Part shown: positions 22,178-30,362 of the stretch, piece by piece | Position numbering within the stretch: position 1 is the first letter of the stretch | Layout of the letters: each line of letters opens with the position of its first letter | Assembly (NCBI RefSeq): GCF_000698785.1 | Contig: NZ_CP007536.1 | Span: 180,001-212,000, forward strand | DNA: 32,000 bases | Direction: 5' to 3' | Source of the DNA: Nitrososphaera viennensis EN76 | GTDB taxonomy: Archaea; Thermoproteota; Nitrososphaeria; Nitrososphaerales; Nitrososphaeraceae | The notes under the pieces: model-generated | The model's input: only the letters and a program-made list of their open reading frames with translations | The model's database searches: none | Told to the model about the DNA's origin: nothing | Position numbers and translations under genes: made by a program

Positions 22178-23329
22178 CTACACGGACCGCATCTTGCCGC
22201 GGTAGCTCAGGTTTATCGAGTCGACGCCGGCAAGCTGTTTGGCCTTGGCTATGATGCCTGAAATCCATTCGTCGTTGGACTCTTTAGAGTCGGCTATGAC
22301 GACGCCCATGTACCGGCTTGGGCTCTGCTCACTTGGGCTCATATAGTCCTCGACGGTCGCGCCGGGGTACTTTTGCCTGATGTCGTCAATGACCGGCGCG
22401 GCGTCCGGGGGCAAGTACAGCACCAGCTTTTTCTTCCTCATCTTGCTGATGAGAAATGCCGCTGCTACGCCTCCTGCCGCAGCCACCGGCAATGCTATGG
22501 GCAGCAGCTCCATGAACGGGATTTGAAGATCCTGCCTGCCGGGAAAGATGGGCACGCCCGAACCGTCGCCGTCGGCAGCAACCACTATCTTGCCGTCTCC
22601 CCCGCTTGGAGCGCTTCTCGTTCCGGAGCCGTTCTTTGCGGTGATGTAGTAGGTGTACGTGCCTGAAGGCGCTGCCTTGCCCTCCAAGTCCACGCCGGTC
22701 CACTTTACCTGGTTCTCGCCTGCCACCATCGCTCCTGTCAAGGTCGCTACCGTGTCGCCTGCCGCGTTCTCTATGTCGACCCTGTACGTGCCTGCCGAAG
22801 ACGAGTGGAACGCTATTGCGACCGAGTCGTCCCTGTCCGAGTGGAACGTCTTTTGCCCTCCTTCTCCCCCTCCAAGCACGGACAGATGCGGCGGGGCAGG
22901 CGGGAGTACGGCTCCTGACAAGAGCGGGCGCTCGCGGACACGGAGGGATTCTGCTATTGCAGCTACGCTTGGGCCCTTTACCGTGTCTTTCAACGAGAAC
23001 TGCTCAAACATGGACCTGGATACGTGAATATCGTGCACAAGGGTCTTGCGTATCGAATCCTTGATTGTTACCTTTGTGACAATCGACTTGCGGATGGGCT
23101 TTTCCACGCTCTTTGACGTCGCATCCTTGACTGACACATTGTCTGAAACGCTCTTTTTCATGGAAAATCCCTTGGACGCCGCGTCGGCTGTTACAAGCAT
23201 TTCGGACAGCGCGACGGCGAACTTTTTATTATTGCCAGGCGGCTGTTGCGCATGCGCGGCCTGCAGTAGCAGCGCCCCTGAAAGGATGACCGCGATTGCA
23301 AGCACCGCTTTTGCAGCTAATGATGCCAT
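22178..23329 (-). CDS. single-pass membrane protein with extracellular FlgD-Ig-like beta-sandwich and cytoplasmic alpha/beta domain
   Basis: I trimmed to the ATG at 23329. Signal peptide MASLAAKAVLAIAVILSGALLLQAAHA, then a K/S/V-rich repeat region. The FlgD-Ig-like stretch is GTYRVDIENAAGDTVATLTGAMVAGENQVKWTGVDLEGKAAPSGTYTYYITAKN. TM helix LLPIALPVAAAGGVAAAFLI. Confidence 0.65.
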   Translation of the reverse strand: MASLAAKAVLAIAVILSGALLLQAAHAQQPPGNNKKFAVALSEMLVTADAASKGFSMKKSVSDNVSVKDATSKSVEKPIRKSIVTKVTIKDSIRKTLVHDIHVSRSMFEQFSLKDTVKGPSVAAIAESLRVRERPLLSGAVLPPAPPHLSVLGGGEGGQKTFHSDRDDSVAIAFHSSSAGTYRVDIENAAGDTVATLTGAMVAGENQVKWTGVDLEGKAAPSGTYTYYITAKNGSGTRSAPSGGDGKIVVAADGDGSGVPIFPGRQDLQIPFMELLPIALPVAAAGGVAAAFLISKMRKKKLVLYLPPDAAPVIDDIRQKYPGATVEDYMSPSEQSPSRYMGVVIADSKESNDEWISGIIAKAKQLAGVDSINLSYRGKMRSV

Positions 23330-23470
23330 CTGATTCCCAAGTTCCAAGAGCAATTTTCGATCCACTGGATAAAAGCCTCGTGAAACCGCGTCATAGAGGC
23401 ATATTATATACAAAACCACCATTGGCTGGAGCGTCATCTTTATAGCGCGGGACGCGCGGCAAAGGCGCAT

Positions 23471-24412
23471 ATGGCGGCAGCAGGCACAAGAAAGGACAAG
23501 AAGAACAAGCGCGCGCCCCCGACAAGGACGAGTGACTTTGGGGTGTCCCGGCGGGAAAGCCACGACTCGTCGCAGTTCTACTCGCGCCGACTATATTACT
23601 CCGGCGACGGCGACGATGACAACGGCAGAGGCGCCGGCATGCCGGAAAGCAACAGCGTGCCTGCACAAGCGCTTGATAGGATATTCTGCAAAAGCAGCGA
23701 GAAGATGGACGAGCTGCCTGACAGAAGCGTCCACCTTGCCGTCACGTCGCCCCCATACAACGTGGGAAAAGAGTACGACGGCGACCTGACGATGGAGCAG
23801 TACCGCCAGCTCTTGAAAAGCGTGTTTAGCGAGCTTTACCGCGTGCTTGCAGACGGCGGGAGGGCGTGCATCAACGTGGCAAACCTTGGCCGCAAGCCGT
23901 ACATACCACTCCACAGCTTTATCATCCAGGACATGCTTGCGTGCGGGTTTCTGATGCGCGGCGAGGTGATATGGGACAAAGGCTCCAGCGCCGGCGCCTC
24001 CACTGCGTGGGGCAGCTGGCAGTCCGCGTCAAACCCCACGCTTCGCGACGTGCACGAATACGTGCTGGTATTTTCCAAGGGATCGTTTTCAAGGAGGCCA
24101 ACAGGCAAAAACACGATCTCCAAGGAAGAGTTCCTGCAGTACACGAAAAGCGTGTGGGAGTTCCAGGCCGAGTCCGCAAGGAAGGTGGGGCACCCTGCGC
24201 CCTTTCCCGTTGAATTGCCATACAGGTGCATCCAGCTGTACACGTTTGCCGGCGATGTTGTCCTTGACCCGTTCTGCGGCATCGGCTCATCCTGCATAGC
24301 CGCGCTGAAGGCAGGCCGGCACTTTGTAGGATATGATACAAGCAAAGAATACGTGAAGGCCGCGCAGGCAAGGCTACAAACATTCATGCAAAAAGGAAAT
24401 ATTGCATTCTAG
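23471..24412 (+). CDS. beta-class DNA methyltransferase (N4-cytosine or N6-adenine; SPPY motif)
   Basis: Motif IV HLAVTSPPYNVGKEY precedes motif I DVVLDPFCGIGSSCIAA, the circular order of beta-class N4/N6 enzymes. TTTATAG lies about 30 nt upstream of the ATG. Confidence 0.85.
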   Translation: MAAAGTRKDKKNKRAPPTRTSDFGVSRRESHDSSQFYSRRLYYSGDGDDDNGRGAGMPESNSVPAQALDRIFCKSSEKMDELPDRSVHLAVTSPPYNVGKEYDGDLTMEQYRQLLKSVFSELYRVLADGGRACINVANLGRKPYIPLHSFIIQDMLACGFLMRGEVIWDKGSSAGASTAWGSWQSASNPTLRDVHEYVLVFSKGSFSRRPTGKNTISKEEFLQYTKSVWEFQAESARKVGHPAPFPVELPYRCIQLYTFAGDVVLDPFCGIGSSCIAALKAGRHFVGYDTSKEYVKAAQARLQTFMQKGNIAF

Positions 24413-24752
24413 GCATACCCATGCCGTGCCAGAACTGGTCTACCTGAAATACGAAGATCTTGACGACATGCTCAAGGTGATAATCTACTCGGCGCAGTCG
24501 ATGCTGGGGGTGATCCCGATGCTCTACTACATCAACCACGGCGGCAAGCACGTGCTTTTTATACAGACGGGAACTGTCGGAAACGCCACCGTCCACTATT
24601 TCGTGCAAGGGAACAAGCCGCCCAAGAAATTCATCCAGCTCAAGAGGCTCTCCGGCGACTATGCCTACGTAGAGGGCATCGGCACCGACGCCCAGTCGCT
24701 CTATGTGCCTGTCCTGAAACTTGAAAAGTCGACGCTTGAATTCCCGCTCTGA
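24402..24752 (+). CDS. hypothetical protein downstream of the methyltransferase (start uncertain)
   Basis: ORF overlapping the methyltransferase stop. Candidate starts are TTG 24402, GTG 24426 and ATG 24468. Host-like codon usage and no recognisable motif. Confidence 0.5.
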   Translation: MHSRHTHAVPELVYLKYEDLDDMLKVIIYSAQSMLGVIPMLYYINHGGKHVLFIQTGTVGNATVHYFVQGNKPPKKFIQLKRLSGDYAYVEGIGTDAQSLYVPVLKLEKSTLEFPL

Positions 24753-24757
24753 CCCGA

Positions 24758-25090
24758 ATGAAGCGCAGAAGGAACAAGCCGGACAGAAAGGCCCGCCCAA
24801 GAAACGAGATAACCGAGCAAGAAGTAGAGACGTTCCTTTCTGCAATCCGAAATTTTGGCAACAACAGCGGCTACCCCAAGCTCCGCGACCTGCGGACACT
24901 CCTTCCGTCGATGGACCCGTACAAGATAAACGTGGTTCTGAAATACCTGGAGCGCTCCAAAGCGATAATCGTGGACAATGATGGTTACATCGTCTGGATA
25001 AGGGGTGACGCGCTGGACCAGCTCACCCTCGGCGACGTGGCAAACATCAGCGACGACCTGAAGGAATTTCTTGGGAAAAAGAAAAAATAG
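24758..25090 (+). CDS. hypothetical basic protein with winged-helix-like core
   Basis: ATG lies 5 nt after the previous stop. Arg/Lys-rich N-terminus MKRRRNKPDRKARPRNE. The segment YKINVVLKYLERSKAIIVDNDGYIVWI resembles the recognition helix plus wing of a wHTH (fold guess only). Confidence 0.55.
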   Translation: MKRRRNKPDRKARPRNEITEQEVETFLSAIRNFGNNSGYPKLRDLRTLLPSMDPYKINVVLKYLERSKAIIVDNDGYIVWIRGDALDQLTLGDVANISDDLKEFLGKKKK

Positions 25091-25115
25091 AGAGAGGGGT
25101 TCTTGGAGAAATCGC

Positions 25116-25679
25116 TTACGGTATCGACCTGCTGTACAGTTTTCCTTCCAGCGCCAGCTTGTACATCTCTGCCACGTACGGGTTCTTGGCCGGAGTCTCC
25201 TGCTGCAGCTCCACCATCCTTGCGTACACCCTCACCACGTACGCCAAGGCGCCCATGAATGCCACTACGACACCCATGTTGAACATCCAGTGGTTCGGTA
25301 CGGAAAAGATCTCCTCGACCATCCAGAAGTGCCACATCTCGTTGACCCCGACAGTGAACATCGTGGCAAGGTAGCCGATGATGGTTATCTTCAAGCCCGT
25401 GTTCATCGAGTTGCCGGGGCCCCTGAGGACTGGAACCCTTCTGTCGTACATGGCCACCATGCCCCAGCCGACTGGCAGCGCGATAAAGTGGCTGTACAGC
25501 CACCAGTGGGCCGGCGTGAAGGCCGAGTCGCGTATGGACGTCTGGTGCAGCGAGCCGTCGACAAAGTTGTCTATCTCCACGGATAGTGCTATCTGGGCCA
25601 GTACTATGACCATGATGTAGATCTTTTTCAGCCGTTGTACTTCGACTTCTTTTGGTATCAGCAAAGGTATCTGTGCCAT
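25116..25679 (-). CDS. amoC: ammonia monooxygenase subunit C (archaeal AmoC), unlinked copy
   Basis: 187 aa. MAQIPLLIPKEVEVQRLKKIY...VDNFVDGSLHQTSIRDSAFTPAHWWLYSHF...VPVLRGPGNSMNTGLK...NPYVAEMYKLALEGKLYSRSIP matches my recollection of archaeal AmoC along its whole length. No amoA or amoB is present in the window. Confidence 0.9.
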   Translation of the reverse strand: MAQIPLLIPKEVEVQRLKKIYIMVIVLAQIALSVEIDNFVDGSLHQTSIRDSAFTPAHWWLYSHFIALPVGWGMVAMYDRRVPVLRGPGNSMNTGLKITIIGYLATMFTVGVNEMWHFWMVEEIFSVPNHWMFNMGVVVAFMGALAYVVRVYARMVELQQETPAKNPYVAEMYKLALEGKLYSRSIP

Positions 25680-25985
25680 CGGCGCAGTGCTTTCGATGGC
25701 GGTTGCTAAAAGGGTACTTAAAATGGGTACTTTAGATCTAAAAACTCTATGAGCTGGTCTAAATATAACTTTGTTATATCATAACGGCATAAGTACTATA
25801 AACTCCTGCTATGGCAGTGCCAGCTCACACAAAATATGAGAACTATGCGACGCGGGCTTGTTACCATTGAGGTTGAGGGTGAGACTGATGCGCTACCGCT
25901 CGGATCGGTAAACGCGGCGTTTTTCGCGTGCAAAATTACTTTCTTAAGTTAGTTTTTATGTTGCCGTGAGGGATATGGATTTCCG

Positions 25986-26687
25986 ATGAAGAAGAAAGGC
26001 GGGGCAGCGGCAGCCATCACTTCGGATCAGATGTATAGCATAGAGGAAAATGGCCACAGCGGAATTGGCATGCGCCGGTTCTTGATGATGGAAAACGCCG
26101 GCCACGGCATCTCTGATTTTATCACAGGCAAGTTCAAGCAGCAGCTAAAGAACAAGAAAATAGTCGCCGTGTGCGGCACCGGCAACAATGGGGGCGATGG
26201 CCTTGTCGCGGTGCGCCACCTTGCCGGCTATGGGGCCAAGACGTCGGTGGTCCTGCTTGGAAGCCCATCTGACATCAAGAGCGAGGAAGCCAAGCTCAAC
26301 TGGGGCATAGTCGAAAAGATGGACTCTGTCGAAATCATCTTTGGAAAAGAGGTGAGCGACGCGGTGCGAAAAAAGATCCTCTCTGCAGACATTATCCTTG
26401 ACGGCATATTTGGCACCGGCATAAAGCGCGAGATCAAAGACCCGCATGCGTCAGCAATAGATGCGATAAACAAGTCAAAAAAGGCATACGTCCTTGCCAT
26501 CGATGTTCCTTCCGGCCTTGACCCGAACACAGGCTCTGTCTATGACAAGGTCGTCAGGGCTGACGCCACTATAACGTTCCACCGCATGAAAAAGGGGCTT
26601 GTAACAAAAGGTGCAAGAAAATACACAGGGCCTGTGCGCGTCGAGTGGATAGGCATACCGCCCGAAGCGGAGCGTGGTGTCCTGTGA
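25986..26687 (+). CDS. nnrE: NAD(P)H-hydrate epimerase (YjeF N-terminal domain)
   Basis: VAVCGTGNNGGDGLVAVRHLAGYG...ILDGIFGTGIKREI...AIDVPSGLD. Confidence 0.8.
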   Translation: MKKKGGAAAAITSDQMYSIEENGHSGIGMRRFLMMENAGHGISDFITGKFKQQLKNKKIVAVCGTGNNGGDGLVAVRHLAGYGAKTSVVLLGSPSDIKSEEAKLNWGIVEKMDSVEIIFGKEVSDAVRKKILSADIILDGIFGTGIKREIKDPHASAIDAINKSKKAYVLAIDVPSGLDPNTGSVYDKVVRADATITFHRMKKGLVTKGARKYTGPVRVEWIGIPPEAERGVL

Positions 26688-27310
26688 AGGTGCTGCAGAT
26701 ACCGGTAGGCCAGATGGCCAACTTTACGTACATCATTGCAGACGATGAAGAAACCGACGAGGCCGCAGTCATTGACCCGTCCTGGGACCTTGACAAGGTA
26801 TTTGACGCGCTGAAAAAGAACGGCTGGACTGCCAAGTACGTCATAAACACGCACTCGCACTTTGACCACGTGCTTGGCAACGAGCAGGTTGCCAAGGTGA
26901 CGGGGGCAAAGATAGTGCAGCACAAGGCGTCTATGCTGGAGCGCGACATCGAGGTGGAAGACGGTGACACGATAAAGGTGGGCAGCAGCATATCCCTGCG
27001 GGTGGTGCACACGCCGGGCCACTCGAAGGACAGCATGTGCCTCGTGCTTGACGGCAAGCTCGTCTTTACCGGCGACACGCTCTTTGTAGGCAACTGCGGC
27101 CGGACAGACCTGCCAGGAAGCGACCCTGCCGAGATGTACGACAGCCTGTTTGGCAAGGTGGCCAAACTTGACGAAAGCCTCGTGATGTACCCCGGCCATG
27201 ACTACGGGCAAAAGCCGACATCAACCATAGGCCACGAGAAAAAATTCAACTATGTCCTGTCGCCGCGCACAAAGCAAGAGTTCCTAGAGTTCATGGGCTC
27301 CGGTGACTAG
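26684..27310 (+). CDS. MBL-fold metallo-hydrolase (glyoxalase II-like)
   Basis: GTG at 26684 overlaps the nnrE stop (GTGA). Contains NTHSHFDHVLGN (HxHxDH), HTPGHS and TGDTLFVGNCGRTD. Confidence 0.8.
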   Translation: MKVLQIPVGQMANFTYIIADDEETDEAAVIDPSWDLDKVFDALKKNGWTAKYVINTHSHFDHVLGNEQVAKVTGAKIVQHKASMLERDIEVEDGDTIKVGSSISLRVVHTPGHSKDSMCLVLDGKLVFTGDTLFVGNCGRTDLPGSDPAEMYDSLFGKVAKLDESLVMYPGHDYGQKPTSTIGHEKKFNYVLSPRTKQEFLEFMGSGD

Positions 27311-28429
27311 ATGATAGGAGGGAAGGACATAATCGGGCCAAGACATTCGGCAAGCAAGTTTTTTTCTGCTGCAAAAAACCCGTTCTTTTGCTGCGTGATC
27401 TCGCACACCGCCACAAGCGAGATCCCCGGGCTGACAGTAGCCGGCGCAAACCCTGAGCTTGTGAAGTACACGTCGCCGGCAGACGCCGAGTTTCTGCACT
27501 ATGGCTACTGCAGGTGCATCCCCGGCGTCCCCGCTACTCCAGACGGCAAGCCAACCCCCGCGGTGATAACAAAGGCCGCGCTGGAGCTTGCCGGGATCCC
27601 GTTTCTTGTCGTCGACGCCGGGACAAAGGTCAGGCCGGACATCCCCTGCGTATCTTTTGGCGTCAAGCCCGGCGGCAACATTACACAGGAAAACGCGATG
27701 GACGTGTCAGACGCAAAAAGGGCGCTTGAGTACGGCCACGCGCTTGGCAGGCAGCTTGCGCGCTCGTCGGACCTTGTCGTGATAGGGGAGAGCATACCCG
27801 GAGGAACCACGACTGCGCTTGCGGTCCTGAGCGCCCTCGGCATCGACGCGCTGTTCAAGGTCAGCAGCAGCATGCCGGAAAACCCCCACGGCCTGAAAAA
27901 CAAGACTGTCAAATCGGCACTAGAGCGTGCCCGCATTTCTGCCGCCGAAAAAGCGCCGGCGGCACTTGAAGCAATGTCACTGGTGGGCGACCCGATGATG
28001 CCCTCCGTCGCCGGCATTTCCGCCGGCGCGCTGGAGGCGGGAGCCAAGGTCATGCTTGCCGGCGGCACGCAAATGTCCGCGGTACTTGCCGTCATGAAGG
28101 GGCTTTCAATCCCGCTTACCGACGATGTATGCATCGGAACTACCATCTATGTCGCAAAAGACAGCTCTGCTGACCTTGCTGGCCTTGTAAAGCAGGTGTC
28201 GCCAAAAGTCCCGGTCCTTGCGTGCGACCTGCGCCTTGAAAAATCAAGCAAGCCGGGTCTGCAGGCGTTTGCAAGGGGGTTTGTAAAGGAAGGCGTGGGC
28301 GCAGGCGGCTCGTCAATAGCAGCCATGCTGAAAACAAAAGCGAATGGGAAAAAAATGCTTGCTGCCATCGAGCGCGTGTACGAGCGCTCGATAGAGCGCA
28401 AGATGGCTAGTACTACTACTGCTACTTGA
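27311..28429 (+). CDS. cobT: archaeal-type nicotinate-nucleotide--dimethylbenzimidazole phosphoribosyltransferase (CobT, MJ1598-like)
   Basis: The ATG directly abuts the MBL stop. Contains SEIPGLTVAGANPELVKYTSPADAEFL...PATPDGKPTPAVITKAALE...IGESIPGGTTTALAVL. Confidence 0.8.
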   Translation: MIGGKDIIGPRHSASKFFSAAKNPFFCCVISHTATSEIPGLTVAGANPELVKYTSPADAEFLHYGYCRCIPGVPATPDGKPTPAVITKAALELAGIPFLVVDAGTKVRPDIPCVSFGVKPGGNITQENAMDVSDAKRALEYGHALGRQLARSSDLVVIGESIPGGTTTALAVLSALGIDALFKVSSSMPENPHGLKNKTVKSALERARISAAEKAPAALEAMSLVGDPMMPSVAGISAGALEAGAKVMLAGGTQMSAVLAVMKGLSIPLTDDVCIGTTIYVAKDSSADLAGLVKQVSPKVPVLACDLRLEKSSKPGLQAFARGFVKEGVGAGGSSIAAMLKTKANGKKMLAAIERVYERSIERKMASTTTAT

Positions 28430-28787
28430 GCGAGATGTTGATGGTGTCCTTGGCGCCGGCAAACATCTGGCCCATGAGCTGCTCCTGCAATTTGTAAAAG
28501 TACGACCTCAGGCCGCTTGCGTCGCCGCTGGCCTGCTTTTGCACGGCTGCTATCAGGTACTGCGCCATCCTGTCAGACACCGCGATGTAGAACCTCGTCT
28601 TTATCCTTGCGTCCTGCGATATGCGCAACTCGTTTCTGATGTGCAAGGGCGCGGAATCCTTGGCCTGCGCCTCTATCTGGCCGTAAATCCGGAACAGGAT
28701 CTCTGGCTTTATTCCGAGTTTTTCGTCGTCCATTGTAATGTGGTATGTAGTAGTAGCTGCTGATGCCGATGTTGGTCCTTGTTGCAT
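28422..28787 (-). CDS. hypothetical protein
   Basis: ORF with ATG options at 28787 and 28733. Plausible helical protein. Its 3' end overlaps the cobT 3' end by 8 nt. Confidence 0.45.
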   Translation of the reverse strand: MQQGPTSASAATTTYHITMDDEKLGIKPEILFRIYGQIEAQAKDSAPLHIRNELRISQDARIKTRFYIAVSDRMAQYLIAAVQKQASGDASGLRSYFYKLQEQLMGQMFAGAKDTINISLK

Positions 28788-28829
28788 GACCTTGCTCAAA
28801 AAATGCGGTAAAAAACAGGTCAAGGAGCT

Positions 28830-29438
28830 CTATTTTACCTGCAAGCTAGCTGGCCTTGCCCTTTTTCTTGAGAGAAAAGCGCTTGACGGGTCGATAAAGC
28901 GCCACTGCACGTCTGTGGCCCTGCTTATCCCTATTCTTGCAGTGGATATTATCGTCTGCCTTGCGGGGCCGTCCTCGATCCTGATTTCCGAATCCGGACT
29001 GGTCATGTCTGCGCCGTTCTGCCTGCGGGTTATGTTCATGGCCTGCGCCAGCCTGCCCGGGCCGGTTGTGAGCAAATAAAAGTTGTCAAGCCCGCGCAGA
29101 CTCTTCATCGCCTCGATGCCGTCCACCGGCTCGATGCTCCGGATTAGCACCGCGCCTGCCGGCGCGCCGTTTCTTGCAGAGACGTTTACGCAGTGGTGGT
29201 TGCCGTACGTGAAATACACGTACGCAATCCCTGCCTCTCCATACATCACCCTGTTCCTCTCGGTCATGCCGCGGCAGGCGTGGCTTGCGGGGTCGTCTGC
29301 GTGGCCGTACGCCTCCGTCTCTACTATGACGCCTGACAGCCTGTGGCTGTTCAGGCTGCGCACCAGCACCTTGCCTATCAGGTCCCTTGCGACTTCTGCG
29401 GTGGGCCTCTGGTAGAACGACCTTGCAAGGGTCATCAT
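28830..29438 (-). CDS. mpg: DNA-3-methyladenine glycosylase (Mpg/AAG family)
   Basis: FYQRPTAEVARDLIGKVL...IVETEAYGHADDPASHACRGMTERNRVMYGEAGIAYVYFTYGNHHCVNV. Confidence 0.85.
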   Translation of the reverse strand: MMTLARSFYQRPTAEVARDLIGKVLVRSLNSHRLSGVIVETEAYGHADDPASHACRGMTERNRVMYGEAGIAYVYFTYGNHHCVNVSARNGAPAGAVLIRSIEPVDGIEAMKSLRGLDNFYLLTTGPGRLAQAMNITRRQNGADMTSPDSEIRIEDGPARQTIISTARIGISRATDVQWRFIDPSSAFLSRKRARPASLQVK

Positions 29439-29441
29439 ACT

Positions 29442-30053
29442 CTACATGAAATCCTCCAGCGACTCGCCTCTCCCTTCCGCCCCGTCGATTTCCTTTGCCA
29501 GCTTTTTCAGGTCTGCTTCAAGGAGCGAAAGCATGCTCCTGTTGTATATCGCGGCGGCTGGGTGTATTGTCAGAAAGTACTTTTGGCCAGCTTTTTCGAT
29601 TATCTTGCCCCTGTTTGCGGTTATAGACCCGCCGCCGAGGATGGACGAGTATGCGGTCCGGCCAAGTATGCAGATGATCCGGGGCCTGATGAGGGCGATC
29701 TGCCGCTCGAGGTAGGGCGTGCACGCCTGCACCTCGTCGTCTTCAGGCACGCGGTTGTTCGGCGGCCTGCACTTTACCACATTTGTGATAAAAACCTGCG
29801 AGCGCGAGATGCCTGCCTTGGCAAGCATCTCGTCAAGAATCTTTCCTGCGGCGCCCACAAACGGCCTGCCTTTCTCGTCCTCGCTCCTCCCTGGAGCCTC
29901 GCCCACGAACATCACCTTTGCGGAAAGCTGGCCCTCGCCGGGCACCGCGTTCTTTCTCGTCCTTGCCAGCTTGCATTTCGGGCAGCCCGTGACCTCGCCT
30001 GCTACTTTTTCAAGCGAATCCACGACGGGCAGCCTTGATGACGACGATGACAT
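29442..30053 (-). CDS. udg: family-4 uracil-DNA glycosylase
   Basis: CPKCKLARTRKNAVPGEG...VMFVGEAPGRSEDEKGRPFVGAAGKILDEML...NVVKCRPPNNR. The stop lies 3 nt before the mpg ATG. Confidence 0.85.
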   Translation of the reverse strand: MSSSSSRLPVVDSLEKVAGEVTGCPKCKLARTRKNAVPGEGQLSAKVMFVGEAPGRSEDEKGRPFVGAAGKILDEMLAKAGISRSQVFITNVVKCRPPNNRVPEDDEVQACTPYLERQIALIRPRIICILGRTAYSSILGGGSITANRGKIIEKAGQKYFLTIHPAAAIYNRSMLSLLEADLKKLAKEIDGAEGRGESLEDFM

Positions 30054-30094
30054 GTCTGTATGTGTATGTACATATCTGCAAGAGGCAGAAGCTT

Positions 30095-30355
30095 TTATGG
30101 GTTATCGCGCCTTTTCTTGTATCCCACGGCAAGCACTATGGCGCCGGCGACTGCTGCAAACAGCGAATAGACGTACGAGTTTGTGATGATAAAGCAGTTG
30201 CGCTCAAGTTCGTCAAGGGCGGCCGGCGGGTACGTCGAGCGGTCGACGCCTGCAAGCTGCGAAAGGCACGAATAGCCCTGGAAGTTGAGGAAAAGGGCAA
30301 GGCCTCCTCCTACCGCGACAAGGGCGATGCCTGTTATCAGGTACTTGGCCTGCAA
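30095..30355 (-). CDS. small two-TM membrane protein
   Basis: 86 codons. Helices at YLITGIALVAVGGGLALFL and SLFAAVAGAIVLAVG. Confidence 0.5.
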   Translation of the reverse strand: MQAKYLITGIALVAVGGGLALFLNFQGYSCLSQLAGVDRSTYPPAALDELERNCFIITNSYVYSLFAAVAGAIVLAVGYKKRRDNP

Positions 30356-30362
30356 TTTGCTG

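Noticed and set aside
21876-23563. Long N-terminal extensions of ORFs 21540-22268 and 22178-23563
   Set aside because: The extensions are Arg/Cys/Pro-rich and overlap better-supported genes or the divergent promoter. Internal ATGs (21875, 23329) give sensible N-termini, including a signal peptide.
24402-25090. Restriction endonuclease partner for the methyltransferase
   Set aside because: Neither downstream small ORF shows a nuclease catalytic motif, and both are short. The upstream neighbour is a surface protein. A type II R-M system therefore cannot be claimed.
16046-30186. Numerous long antisense or alternate-frame ORFs inside large genes (e.g. 16046-16678, 17148-17957, 18492-18995, 19700-20224, 23836-24387, 24985-25503, 26540-27211, 27505-28146, 29343-30038, 29719-30186, 9953-11206 series)
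   Set aside because: Each overlaps a gene with clear family motifs on the other strand or frame. They are typical shadow ORFs of GC-rich coding sequence.
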